Of a DNA stretch of 64,000 nucleotides, positions 1 to 15,000 are shown piece by piece. A model generated the notes under the pieces. It was not told where the DNA came from, made no database searches, and saw nothing but the letters and a program-made list of their open reading frames with translations. This DNA is from Neoechinorhynchus agilis. Taxonomy: Eukaryota; Animalia; Acanthocephala. Location of the stretch: NCBI GenBank assembly GCA_051530055.1, contig CM121341.1, positions 6,116,784 through 6,180,783 of the forward strand. Direction: 5' to 3'. Position 1 is the first letter of the stretch. Each line of letters starts with the position of its first letter. The translations under genes and the position numbers were made by a program.

Positions 1-3000
1 GATGGCATGACGACATCATGCCCACTATAACAATTTTAAGAATTTCTTTGAAGAAAATATAAAACGTCAGCACGCAATCGATCACTCGCTGAAAGAAGTT
101 CATTTCGGGTAAAGCATTACAATGTACAGGTTTCGCATATGGATTCTTCCTGCTCTCTAGCGCGTCGTCAAGTTAATTTTTGTGACCGAGTCGCTAGTAG
201 ACATGTTCTATATTCTACACAAAACCGAACACACCCACCTACACATTTACACGCATGCGGTTACTACTGTTTATATCCCGATCGCTGGCATGACGACATC
301 ATGCCCACTATAACAATTTTAAGAATTTCTTTGAAGGAAATATTAAACGTCAGTATGCAATCGATCACTCGTTGAAAGAAGTTCATTTCGTGAAAAGCAT
401 TACAATGTACGGGTTTCGCATATGGATTCTTCCAGCTCTCTAGCGCGTCGTCAAGTTCATTTTTGTGACCGAGTCGCTAGTGGACATGTTCTATATTCTA
501 CACAAAACCGAACACACAAACCCACACATTAACACGCATGCGGTTACTACTGTTTATATCCCGATCGATGGCATGACGACATCATGCCCACTATAACAAT
601 TTTAAGAATTTCTTTGAAGAAAATATAAAACGTCAGCACGCAATCGATCACTCGCTGAAAGAAGTTCATTTCGAGTAAAGCATTACAATGTACAGGTTTC
701 GCATATGGATTCTTCCTGCTCTCTAACGCGTCGTCAAGTTAATTTTTGTGACCGAGTCGCTAGTGGACATGTTCTATATTCTACACAAAAGCTAACACAC
801 CCACCTACACATTTACACGCATGCGGTTACTACTGTTTATATCCCGATAGATGGCATGACGACATCATGCCCACTATAACATTTTTAAGAATTTCTTTAA
901 AGAAAATATAAAACGTCAGTACGCAATCGATCACTCGCTGAAAGAAGTTCATTTCGGGTAAAGCATTACAATGTACAGCTTTCGCATATGGATTCTTCCT
1001 GCTCTCTAGCCCGTCGTCAGGTTCATTTTTGTGACCGAGCCGCTAGTAGACATGTTCTATATTCTACACAAAACCGAACACACCCACCTACACATTTACA
1101 CGCATGCGGTTACTACTGTTTATATCCCGATCGCTGGCATGACGACATCATGCCCACTATAACAATTTTAAGAATTTCTTTTAAGAAAATATAAAACGTC
1201 AGTACGCAATCGATCGCCCGCTGAAAGAAGTTATCTTCGGGTAAAGCATTACAATGTACAGGTTTCGCATATGGATTCTTCCTGCTCTCTAGCGCGTCGT
1301 CAAGTTCCTTTTTGTTACCGAGTCGCTAGTGGACATGTTCTATATTCTACACAAAACCGAACACAACCACCTACACATTTACACGCATGCGGTTACTACT
1401 GTTTATATCCCGATCGATGGCATGACGACATCATGCCCACTATAACAATTTTAAGAATTTCTTTGAAGAAAATATAAAACGTCAGTACGCAATCGATCAC
1501 TCGCTGAAATAAGTTCATTTCGAGTAAAGCATTACAATGTACAGGTTTCGCATATGGATTCTTCCTGCTCTCTAACGCGTCGTCAAGTTAATTTTTGTGA
1601 CCGAGTCGCTAGTAGACATGTTCTATATTCTACACAAAACCGAACACACCCACCTACACATTTACACGCATGCGGTTACTACTGTTTATATCCCGATCGA
1701 TGGCATGACGACATCATGCCCACTATAACAATTTTAAGAATTTCTTTGAAGGAAATATAAAACGTCAGCACGCAATCGATCACTCGCTGAAAGAAGTTCA
1801 TTTCGAGTAAAGCATTACAATGTACAGGTTTCGCATATGGATTCTTCCTGCTCTCTAGCGCGTCGTCAAGTTAATTTTTGTGACCGAGTCGCTAGTAGAC
1901 ATGTTCTATATTCTACACAAAACCGAACACACCCACCTACACATTTACACGCATGCGGTTACTACTGTTTATATCCCGATCGATGGCATGACGACATCAT
2001 GCCCACTATAACAATTTTAAGAATTTCTTTGAAGAAAATATAAAACGTCAGTACGCAATCGATCACTCGCTGAAAGAAGTTCATTTCGGGTAAAGCATTA
2101 CAATGTACAGGTTTCGCATATGGATTCTTCCTGCTCTCTAGCGCGTCGTCAAGTTCATTTTTGTGACCGAGCCGCTAGTAGACATGTTCTATATTCTACA
2201 CAAAACCGAACACACCAACCTACACATTTACACGCATGCGGTTACTACTGTTTATATCCCGATCGCTGGCATGACGACATCATGCCCACTATAACAATTT
2301 TAAGAATTTCTTTGAAGAAAATATAAAACGTCAGTACGCAATCGATCACTCGCTGAAAGAAGTTCATTTCGGGTAAAGCATTACAATGTACAGGTTTCGC
2401 ATATGGATTCTTCCTGCTCTCTAGCGCGTCGTCAAGTTCATTTTTGTGACCGAGTCGCTAGTGGACATGTTCTATATTCTACACAAAACCGAACACACCC
2501 ACCTACACATTTACACGCATGCGGTTACTACTGTTTATATCCCGATCGATGGCATGACGACATCATGCCCACTATAACAATTTTAAGAATTTCTTTGAAG
2601 AAAATATAAAACGTCAGTACGCAATCGATCACTCGCTGAAAGAAGTTCATTTCGAGTAAAGCATTACAATGTACAGGTTTCGCATATGGATTCTTCCTGC
2701 TCTCTAACGCGTCGTCAAGTTAATTTTTGTGACCGAGTCGCTAGTAGACATGTTCTATATTCTACACAAAACCGAACACACCCACCTACACATTTACACG
2801 CATGCGGTTACTACTGTTTATATCCCGATCGATGGCATGACGACATCATGCCCACTATAACAATTTTAAGAATTTCTTTGAAGAAAATATAAAACGTCAG
2901 TACGCAATCGATCACTCGCTGAAAGAAGTTCATTTCGGGTAAAGCATTACAATGTACAGCTTTCGCATATGGATTCTTCCTGCTCTCTAGCGCGTCGTCA

Positions 3001-6000
3001 GGTTCATTTTTGTGACCGAGCCGCTAGTAGACATGTTCTATATTCTACACAAAACCGAACACACCCACCTACACATTTACACGCATGCGGTTACTACTGT
3101 TTATATCCCGATCGATGGCATGACGACATCATGCCCACTATAACAATTTTAAGAATTTCTTTGAAGAAAATATAAAACGTCAGTACGCAATCGATCACTC
3201 GCTGAAATAAGTTCATTTCGAGTAAAGCATTACAATGTACAGGTTTCGCATATGGATTCTTCCTGCTCTCTAACGCGTCGTCAAGTTTATTTTTGTGACC
3301 GTCGCTAGTAGACATGTTCTATATTCTACACAAAACCGAACACACCCACCTACACATTTACACGCATGCGGTTACTAATGTTTATATCCCGATCGATGGC
3401 ATGACGACATCATGCCCACTATAACAATTTTAAGAATTTCTTTGAAGGAAATATAAAACGTCAGCACGCAATCGATCACTCGCTGAAAGAAGTTCATTTC
3501 GAGTAAAGCATTACAATGTACAGGTTTCGCATATGGATTCTTCCTGCTCTCTAGCGCGTCGTCAAGTTAATTTTTGTGACCGAGTCGCTAGTAGACATGT
3601 TCTATATTCTACACAAAACCGAACACACCTACCTACACATTTACACGCATGCGGTTACTACTGTTTATATCCCGATAGATGGCATGACGACATCATGCCC
3701 ACTATAACATTTTTAAGAATTTCTTTAAAGAAAATATAAAACGTCAGTACGCAATCGATCACTCGCTGAAAGAAGTTCATTTCGGGTAAAGCATTACAAT
3801 GTACAGCTTTCGCATATCGATTCTTCCTGCTCTCTAGCCCGTCGTCAGGTTCATTTTTGTGACCGAGCAGCTAGTAGACATGTTCTATACTCTACACAAA
3901 AGCGAACACACCAACCTACACATTTACACGCATGCGGTTACTACTGTTTATATCCCGATCGCTGGCATGACGACATCATGCCCACTATAACAATTTTAAG
4001 AATTTCTTTTAAGAAAATATAAAACGTCAGTACGCAATCGATCGCCCGCTGAAAGAAGTTATCTTCGGGTAAAGCATTACAATGTACAGGTTTCGCATAT
4101 GGATTCTTCCTGCTCTCTAGCGCGTCGTCAAGTTCCTTTTTGTTACCGAGTCGCTAGTGGACATGTTCTATATTCTACACAAAACCGAACACAACCACCT
4201 ACACATTTACACGCATGCGGTTACTAATGTTTATATCCCGATCGATGGCATGACGACATCATGCCCACTATAACAATTTTAAGAATTTCTTTGAAGAAAA
4301 TATAAAACGTCAGTACGCAATCGATCACTCGCTGAAAGAAGTTCATTTCGAGTAAAGCATTACAATGTACAGGTTTCGCATATGGATTCTTCCTGCTCTC
4401 TAACGCGTCGTCAAGTTAATTTTTGTGACCGAGTCGCTAGTAGACATGTTCTATATTCTACACAAAACCGAACACACCCACCTACACATTTACACGCATG
4501 CGGTTACTACTGTTTATATCCCGATCGATGGCATGACGACATCATGCCCACTATAACAATTTTAAGAATTTCTTTGAAGAAAATATAAAACGTCAGTACG
4601 CAATCGATCACTCGCTGAAAGAAGTTCATTTCGGGTAAAGCATTACAATGTACAGGTTTCGCATATGGATTCTTCCTGCTCTCTAGCGCGTCGTCAAGTT
4701 CATTTTTGTGACCGAGCCGCTAGTAGACATGTTCTATACTCTACACAAAACCGAACACACCCACCTACACATTTACACGCATGCGGTTACTACTGTTTAT
4801 ATCCCGATCGATGGCATGACGACATCATGCCCACTATAACAATTTTAAGAATTTCTTTGAAGAAAATATAAAACGTCAGTACGCAATCGATCACTCGCTG
4901 AAAGAAGTTAATTTCGGGTAAAGCATTACAATGTACAGGTTTCGCATATGGATTCTTCCTGCTCTCTAGCGCGTCGTCAAGTTAATTTTTGTGACCGAGC
5001 CGCTAGTAGACATGTTCTATACTCTACACAAAACCGAACACACCCACCTACACATTTACACGCATGCGGTTACTACTGTTTATATCCCGATCGATGGCAT
5101 GACGACATCATGCCCACTATAACAATTTTAAGAATTTCTTTGAAGGAAATATAAAACGTCAGCACGCAATCGATCACTCGCTGAAAGAAGTTCATTTCGA
5201 GTAAAATTACAATGTACAGGTTTCGCATATGGATTCTTCTGCTCTCTAACGCGTCGTCAAGTTAATTTTTGTGACCGAGTCGATAGTACACATGTTCTAT
5301 ATTCTACACAAAACCGAACACACCCACCTACACATTTACACGCATGCGGTTACAACTTTTTATATCCCGATCGATGGCATGACGACATCATGCCCACTAT
5401 AAACATTTTAAGAATTTCTTCGAAGAAAATATAAAACGTCAGCACGCAATCAATCACTCGCTGAAAGAAGTTCATTTCGAGTAAAGCATTACAATGTACA
5501 GGTTTCGCATATGGATTCTTCCTGCTTTCTAGCGCGTCCTCAAGTTCATTTTTGTGACCGAGTCGCTAGTATACATGTTCTATATTCTACACAAAACCGA
5601 ACACACCCACCTACACATTTACACGCATGCGGTTACTACTGTTTATATCCCGATCGCTGGCATGACGACATCATGCCCACTATAACAATTTTCAGAATTT
5701 CTTTGAAGGAAATATTAAACGTCAGTATGCAATCGATCACTCGTTGAAAGAAGTTCATTTCGTGAAAAGCATTACAATGTACGGGTTTCGCATATGGATT
5801 CTTCCAGCTCTCTAGCGCGTCGTCAAGTTCATTTTTGTGACCGAGTCGCTAGTGGACATGTTCTATATTCTACACAAAACCGAACACACAAACCCACACA
5901 TTATCGTATGCAGTTACTACTGTTTATATCCCGATCGATGGCATGACGACATCATGCCCACTATAACAATTTTAAGAATTTCTTTGAAGAAAATATAAAA

Positions 6001-9000
6001 CGTCAGCACGCAATCGATCACTCGCTGAAAGAAGTTCATTTCGAGTAAAGCATTACAATGTACAGGTTTCGCATATGGATTCTTCCTGCTCTCTAACGCG
6101 TCGTCAAGTTAATTTTTGTGACCGAGTCGCTAGTGGACATGTTCTATATTCTACACAAAAGCTAACACACCCACCTACACATTTACACGCATGCGGTTAC
6201 TACTGTTTATATCCCGATAGATGGCATGACGACATCATGCCCACTATAACATTTTTAAGAATTTCTTTAAAGAAAATATAAAACGTCAGTACGCAATCGA
6301 TCACTCGCTGAAAGAAGTTCATTTCGGGTAAAGCATTACAATGTTCAGCTTTCGCATATGGATTCTTCCTGCTCTCTAGCCCGTCGTCAGGTTCATTTTT
6401 GTGACCGAGCCGCTAGTAGACATGTTCTATACTCTACACAAAAGCGGACACACCAAACTACACATTTACACGCATGCGGTTACTACTGTTTATATCCCGA
6501 TCGCTGGCATGACGACATCATGCCCACTATAACAATTTTAAGAATTTCTTTGAAGAAAATATAAAACGTCAGCACGCAATCGATCACTCGCTGAAAGAAG
6601 TTCATTTCGGGTAAAGCATTACAATGTACAGGTTTCGCATATGGATTCTTCCTGCTCTCTAGCGCGTCGTCAAGTTCCTTTTTGTTACCGAGTCGCTAGT
6701 AGACATGTTCTATATTCTACACAAAACCGAACACAACCACCTACACATTTACACGCATGCGGTTACTACTGTTTATATCCCGATCGATGGCATGACGACA
6801 TCATGCCCACTATAACAATTTTAAGAATTTCTTTGAAGAAAATATAATACGTCAGTACGCAATCGATCACTCGCTGAAATAAGTTCATTTCGAGTAAAGC
6901 ATTACAATGTACAGGTTTCGCATATGGATTCTTCCTGCTCTCTAACGCGTCGTCAAGTTTATTTTTGTGACCGTCGCTAGTAGACATGTTCTATATTCTA
7001 CACAAAACCGAACACACCCACCTACACATTTACACGCATGCGGTTACTAATGTTTATATCCCGATCGATGGCATGACGACATCATGCCCACTATAACAAT
7101 TTTAAGAATTTCTTTGATGGAAATATAAAACGTCAGCACGCAATCGATCACTCGCTGAAAGAAGTTCATTTCGAGTAAAGCATTACAATGTACCGGTTTC
7201 GCATATGGATTCTTCCTGCTCTCTAGCGCGTCGTCAAGTTAATTTTTGTGACCGAGTCGATAGTATACATGTTCTATATTCTACACAAAACCGAACACAC
7301 CTCCCTACACATCTACACGCATGCGGTTACTACTGTTTATATCCCGATAGATGGCATGACGACATCATGCCTTCTATAACATTTTTAAGAATTTCTTTAA
7401 AGAAAATATAAAACGTCAGTACACAATCGATCACTCGCTGAAAGAAGTTCATTTCGGGTAAAGCATTACAATGTACAGCTTTCGCATATCGATTCTTCCT
7501 GCTCTCTAGCCCGTCGTCAGGTTCATTTTTGTGACCGAGCAGCTAGTAGACATGTTCTATACTCTACACAAAAGCGAACACACCAACCTACACATTTACA
7601 CGCATGCGGTTACTACTGTTTATATCCCGATCGCTGGCATGACGACATCATGCCCACTATAACAATTTTAAGAATTTCTTTAGAGAAAATATAAAACGTC
7701 AGTACGCAATCGATCGCCCGCTGAAAGAAGTTATCTTCGGGTAAAGCATTACAATGTACAGGTTTTCATATGGATTCTTCCTGCGCTCTAGCGCGTCGTC
7801 AAGTTCCTTTTTGTTACCGAGTCGCTAGTGGACATGTTCTATATTCTACACAAAACCGAACGCAACCACCTACACATTTACACTCATACGGTTACTAATG
7901 TTTATATCCCGATAGATGGCATGACGACATCATGCCCACTATAACAATTTTAAGAATTTCTTTGAAGGAAATATAAAACGTCAGCACGCAATCGATCACT
8001 CGCTGAAAGAAGTTCATTTCGAGTAAAGCATTACAATGTACAGGTTTCGCATATGGATTCTTCCTGCTCTCTAACGCGTCGTCAAGTTAATTTTTGTGAC
8101 CGAGTCGCTAGTAGACATGTTCTATACTCTACACAAAACCGAACACACCCACCTACACATTTACACGCATGCGGTTACTACTGTTTATATCCCGATCGAT
8201 GGCATGACGACATCATGCCCACTATAACAATTTTAAGAATTTCTTTGAAGAAAATATAAAACGTCAGCACGCAATCGATCACTCGCTGAAAGAAGTTCAT
8301 TTCGAGTAAAGCATTACAATGTACAGGTTTCGCATATGGATTCTTCCTGCTCTCTAGCGCGTCGTCAAGTTCATTTTTGTGACCGAGTCGCTAGTAGACA
8401 TGTTCTATATTCTACACAAAACCGAACACACCCACCTACACATTTACACGCATGCGGTTACTACTGTTTATATCCCGATCGATGGCATGACGACATCATG
8501 CCCACTATAACAATTTTAAGAATTTCTTTGAAGAAAATATAAAACGTCAGTACGCAATCGATCACTCGCTGAAATAAGTTCATTTCGAGTAAAGCATTAC
8601 AATGTACAGGTTTCGCATATGGATTCTTCCTGCTCTCTAGCGCGTCGTCAAGTTCATTTTTGTGACCGAGTCGCTAGTAGACATGTTCTATATTCTACAC
8701 AAAACCGAACACACCCACCTACACATTTACACGCATGCGGTTACTACTGTTTATATCCCGATCGATGGCATGACGACATCATGCCCACTATAACAATTTT
8801 AAGAATTTCTTTGAAGAAAATATAAAACGTCAGCACGCAATCGATCACTCGCTGAAAGAAGTTCATTTCGAGTAAAGCATTACAATGTACAGGTTTCGCA
8901 TATGGATTCTTCCTGCTCTCTAGCGCGTCGTCAAGTTCATTTTTGTGACCGAGTCGCTAGTAGACATGTTCTATATTCTACACAAAACCGAACACACCCA

Positions 9001-12000
9001 CCTACACATTTACACGCATGCGGTTACTACTGTTTATATCCCGATCGATGGCATGACGACATCATGCCCACTATAACAATTTTAAGAATTTCTTTGAAGA
9101 AAATATAAAACGTCAGCACGCAATCGATCACTCGCTGAAAGAAGTTCATTTCGAGTAAAGCATTACAATGTACAGGTTTCGCATATGGATTCTTCCTGCT
9201 CTCTAACGCGTCGTCAAGTTAATTTTTGTGACCGAGTCGCTAGTGGACATGTTCTATATTCTACACAAAACCTAACACACCCACCTACACATTTACACGC
9301 ATGCGGTTACTACTGTTTATATCCCGATAGATGGCATGACGACATCATGCCCACTATAACATTTTTAAGAATTTCTTTAAAGAAAATATAAAACGTCAGT
9401 ACGCAATCGATCACTCGCTGAAAGAAGTTCATTTCGGGTAAAGCATTACAATGTACAGCTTTCGCATATGGATTCTTCCTGCTCTCTAGCCCGTCGTCAG
9501 GTTCATTTTTGTGACCGAGCCGCTAGTAGACATGTTCTATACTCTACACAAAAGCGAACACACCAACCTACACATTTACACGCATGCGGTTACTACTGTT
9601 TATATCCCGATCGCTGGCATGACGACATCATGCCCACTATAACAATTTTAAGAATTTCTTTTAAGAAAATATAAAACGTCAGTACGCAATCGATCGCCCG
9701 CTGAAAGAAGTTAATTTCGGGTAAAGCATTACAATGTACAGGTTTCGCATATGGATTCTTCCTGCTCTCTAGCGCGTCGTCAAGTTCATTTTTGTGACCG
9801 AGCCGCTAGTAGACATGTTCTATATTCTACACAAAACCGAACACACCCACCTACACATTTACACGCATGCGGTTACTACTGTTTATATCCCGATCGATGG
9901 CATGACGACATCATGCCCACTATAACAATTTTAAGAATTTCTTTGAAGAAAATATAAAACGTCAGCACGCAATCGATCACTCGCTGAAAGAAGTTCATTT
10001 CGAGTAAAGCATTACAATGTACAGGTTTCGCATATGGATTCTTCCTGCTCTCTAGCGCGTCGTCAAGTTAATTTTTGTGACCGAGTCGCTAGTAGACATG
10101 TTCTATATTCTACACAAAACCGAACACACCCACCTACACATTTACACGCATGCGGTTACTACTGTTTATATCCCGATCGATGGCATGACGACATCATGCC
10201 CACTATAACAATTTTAAGAATTTCTTTGAAGAAAATATAAAACGTCAGTACGCAATCGATCACTCGCTGAAAGAAGTTCATTTCGGGTAAAGCATTACAA
10301 TGTACAGGTTTCGCATATGGATTCTTCCTGCTCTCTAGCGCGTCGTCAAGTTAATTTTTGTGACCGAGTCGCTAGTAGACATGTTCTATATTCTACACAA
10401 AACCGAACACACCCACCTACACATTTACACGCATGCGGTTACTACTGTTTATATCCCGATCGATGGCATGACGACATCATGCCCACTATAACAATTTTAA
10501 GAATTTCTTTGAAGAAAATATAAAACGTCAGTACGCAATCGATCACTCGCTGAAAGAAGTTCATTTCGGGTAAAGCATTACAATGTACAGGTTTCGCATA
10601 TGGATTCTTCCTGCTCTCTAGCGCGTCGTCAAGTTCATTTTTGTGACCGAGCCGCTAGTAGACATGTTCTATACTCTACACAAAACCGAACACACCAACC
10701 TACACATTTACACGCATGCGGTTACTACTGTTTATATCCCGATCGCTGGCATGACGACATCATGCCCACTATAACAATTTTAAGAATTTCTTTGAAGAAA
10801 ATATAAAACGTCAGTACGCAATCGATCACTCGCTGAAAGAAGTTAATTTCGGGTAAAGCATTACAATGTACAGGTTTCGCATATGGATTCTTCCTGCTCT
10901 CTAGCGCGTCGTCAAGTTAATTTTTGTGACCGAGTCGCTAGTAGACATGTTCTATATTCTACACAAAACCGAACACACCCACCTACACATTTACACGCAT
11001 GCGGTTACTACTGTTTATATCCCGATCGATGGCATGACGACATCATGCCCACTATAACAATTTTAAGAATTTCTTTGAAGAAAATATAAAACGTCAGCAC
11101 GCAATCGATCACTCGCTGAAAGAAGTTCATTTCGAGTAAAGCATTACAATGTACAGGTTTCGCATATGGATTCTTCCTGCTCTCTAGCGCGTCGTCAAGT
11201 TAATTTTTGTGACCGAGTCGCTAGTAGACATGTTCTATATTCTACACAAAACCGAACACACCCACCTACACATTTACACGCATGCGGTTACTACTGTTTA
11301 TATCCCGATCGATGGCATGACGACATCATGCCCACTATAACAATTTTAAGAATTTCTTTGAAGGAAATATTAAACGTCAGTATGCAATCGATCACTCGTT
11401 GAAAGAAGTTCATTTCGTGAAAAGCATTACAATGTACGGGTTTCGCATATGGATTCTTCCAGCTCTCTAGCGCGTCGTCAAGTTCATTTTTGTGACCGAG
11501 TCGCTAGTGGACATGTTCTATATTCTACACAAAACCGAACACACAAACCCACACATTTACACGCATGCGGTTACTACTGTTTATATCCCGATCAATGGCA
11601 TGACGACATCATGCCCACTATAACAATTTTAAGAATTTCTTTGAAGGAAATATAAAACGTCAGCACGCAATCGATCACTCGCTGAAAGAAGTTCATTTCG
11701 AGTAAAGCATTACAATGTACAGGTTTCGCATATGGATTCTTCCTGCTCTCTAACGCGTCGTCAAGTTAATTTTTGTGACCGAGTCGCTAGTGGACATGTT
11801 CTATATTCTACACAAAAGCTAACACACCCACCTACACATTTACACGCATGCGGTTACTACTGTTTATATCCCGATAGATGGCATGACGACATCATGCCCA
11901 CTATAACATTTTTAAGAATTTCTTTAAAGAAAATATAAAACGTCAGTACGCAATCGATCACTCGCTGAAAGAAGTTCATTTCGGGTAAAGCATTACAATG

Positions 12001-15000
12001 TACAGCTTTCGCATATGGATTCTTCCTGCTCTCTAGCCCGTCGTCAGGTTCATTTTTGTGACCGAGCCGCTAGTAGACATGTTCTATACTCTACACAAAA
12101 GCGAACACACCAACCTACACATTTACACGCATGCGGTTACTACTGTTTATATCCCGATCGCTGGCATGACGACATCATGCCCACTATAACAATTTTAAGA
12201 ATTTCTTTTAAGAAAATATAAAACGTCAGTACGCAATCGATCGCCCGCTGAAAGAAGTTATCTTCGGGTAAGGCATTACAATGTACAGGTTTCGCATATG
12301 GATTCTTCCTGCTCTCTAGCGCGTCGTCAAGTTCCTTTTTGTTACCGAGTCGCTAGTGGACATGTTCTATATTCTACACAAAACCGAACACAACCACCTA
12401 CACATTTACACGCATGCGGTTACTACTGTTTATATCCCGATCGATGGCATGACGACATCATGCCCACTATAACAATTTTAAGAATTTCTTTGAAGAAAAT
12501 ATAAAACGTCAGTACGCAATCGATCACTCGCTGAAAGAAGTTCATTTCGAGTAAAGCATTACAATGTACAGATTTCGCATATGGATTCTTCCTGCTCTCT
12601 AACGCGTCGTCAAGTTAATTTTTGTGACCGAGTCGCTAGTGGACATGTTCTATATTCTACACAAAACCTAACACACCCACCTACACATTTACACGCATGC
12701 GGTTACTACTGTTTATATCCCGATAGATGGCATGACGACATCATGCCCACTATAACATTTTTAAGAATTTCTTTAAAGAAAATATAAAACGTCAGTACGC
12801 AATCGATCACTCGCTGAAAGAAGTTCATTTCGGGTAAAGCATTACAATGTACAGCTTTCGCATATGGATTCTTCCTGCTCTCTAGCCCGTCGTCAGGTTC
12901 ATTTTTGTGACCGAGCCGCTAGTAGACATGTTCTATACTCTACACAAAAGCGAACACACCAACCTACACGTTTACACGCATGCGGTTACTACTGTTTATA
13001 TCCCGATCGCTGGCATGACGACATCATGCCCACTATAACAATTTTTAGAATTTCTTTTAAGAAAATATAAAACGTCAGTACGCAATCGATCGCCCGCTGA
13101 AAGAAGTTATCTTCGGGTAAAGCATTACAATGTACAGGTTTCGCATATGGATTCTTCCTGCTCTCTAGCGCGTCGTCAAGTTCCTTTTTGTTACCGAGTC
13201 GCTAGTAGACATGTTCTATATTCTACACAAAACCGAACACAACCACCTACACATTTACACGCATGCGGTTACTACTGTTTATATCCCGATCGATGGCATG
13301 ACGACATCATGCCCACTATAACAATTTTAAGAATTTCTTTGAAGAAAATATAAAACGTCAGTACGCAATCGATCACTCGCTGAAAGAAGTTCATTTCGAG
13401 TAAAGCATTACAATGTACAGGTTTCGCATATGGATTCTTCCTGCTCTCTAGCGCGTCGTCAAGTTTATTTTTGTGACCGAGGCTAGTAGACATGTTCTAT
13501 ATTCTACACAAAACCGAACACACCCACCTACACATTTACACGCATGCGGTTACTAATGTTTATATCCCGATCGATGGCATGACGACATCATGCCCACTAT
13601 AACAATTTTAAGAATTTCTTTGAAGGAAATATAAAACGTCAGCACGCAATCGATCACTCGCTGAAAGAAGTTCATTTCGAGTAAAGCATTACAATGTACA
13701 GGTTTCGCATATGGATTCTTCCTGCTCTCTAGCGCGTCGTCAAGTTAATTTTTGTGACCGAGTCGCTAGTAGACATGTTCTATATTCTACACAAAACCGA
13801 ACACACCTACCTACACATTTACACGCATGCGGTTACTACTGTTTATATCCCGATAGATGGCATGACGACATCATGCCCACTATAACATTTTTAAGAATTT
13901 CTTTAAAGAAAATATAAAACGTCAGTACGCAATCGATCACTCGCTGAAAGAAGTTCATTTCGGGTAAAGCATTACAATGTACAGCTTTCGCATATGGATT
14001 CTTCCTGCTCTCTAGCCCGTCGTCAGGTTCATTTTTGTGACCGAGCCGCTAGTAGACATGTTCTATACTCTACACAAAAGCGAACACACCAACCTACACA
14101 TTTACACGCATGCGGTTACTACTGTTTATATCCCGATCGCTGGCATGACGACATCATGCCCACTATAACAATTTTAAGAATTTCTTTAAAGAAAATATAA
14201 AACGTCAGTACGCAATCGATCGCCCGCTGAAAGAAGTTATCTTCGGGTAAAGCATTACAATGTACAGGTTTCGCATATGGATTCTTCCTGCTCTCTAGCG
14301 CGTCGTCAAGTTCCTTTTTGTTACCGAGTCGCTAGTGGACATGTTCTATATTCTACACAAAACCGAACACAACCACCTACACATTTACACGCATGCGGTT
14401 ACTACTGTTTATATCCCGATCGATGGCATGACGACATCATGCCCACTATAACAATTTTAAGAATTTCTTTGAAGAAAATATAAAACGTCAGTACGCAATC
14501 GATCACTCGCTGAAAGAAGTTATTTCGGGTAAAGCATTACAATGTACAGGTTTCGCATATGGATTCTTCCTGCTCTCTAGCGCGTCGTCAAGTTCATTTT
14601 TGTGACCGAGTCGCTAGTAGACATGTTCTATATTCTACACAAAACCGAACACAACCACCTACACTTTTACACGCATGCGGTTACTACTGTTTATATCCCG
14701 ATCGATGGCATGACGACATCATGCCCACTATAACAATTTTAAGAATTTCTTTGAAGAAAATATAAAACGTCAGTACGCAATCGATCACTCGCTGAAAGAA
14801 GTTCATTTCGGGTAAAGCATTACAATGTACAGGTTTCGCATATGGATTCTTCCTGCTCTCTAGCGCGTCGTCAAGTTCATTTTTGTGACCGAGTCGCTAG
14901 TGGACATGTTCTATATTCTACACAAAACCGAACACAACCACCTACACATTTACACGCATGCGGTTACTACTGTTTATATCCCGATCGATGGCATGACGAC

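Noticed and set aside
100-200. 283-bp unit as a spliced-leader RNA, 5S rRNA or snRNA gene repeat (GGTAAAG donor-like, AATTTTTG Sm-like)
   Set aside because: The motifs vary between units (CGG/CGA; AATTTTTG/CCTTTTTG), the Sm-like site falls in a predicted loop, and there is no 5S or U-snRNA similarity. Only leader sequencing could revive this.
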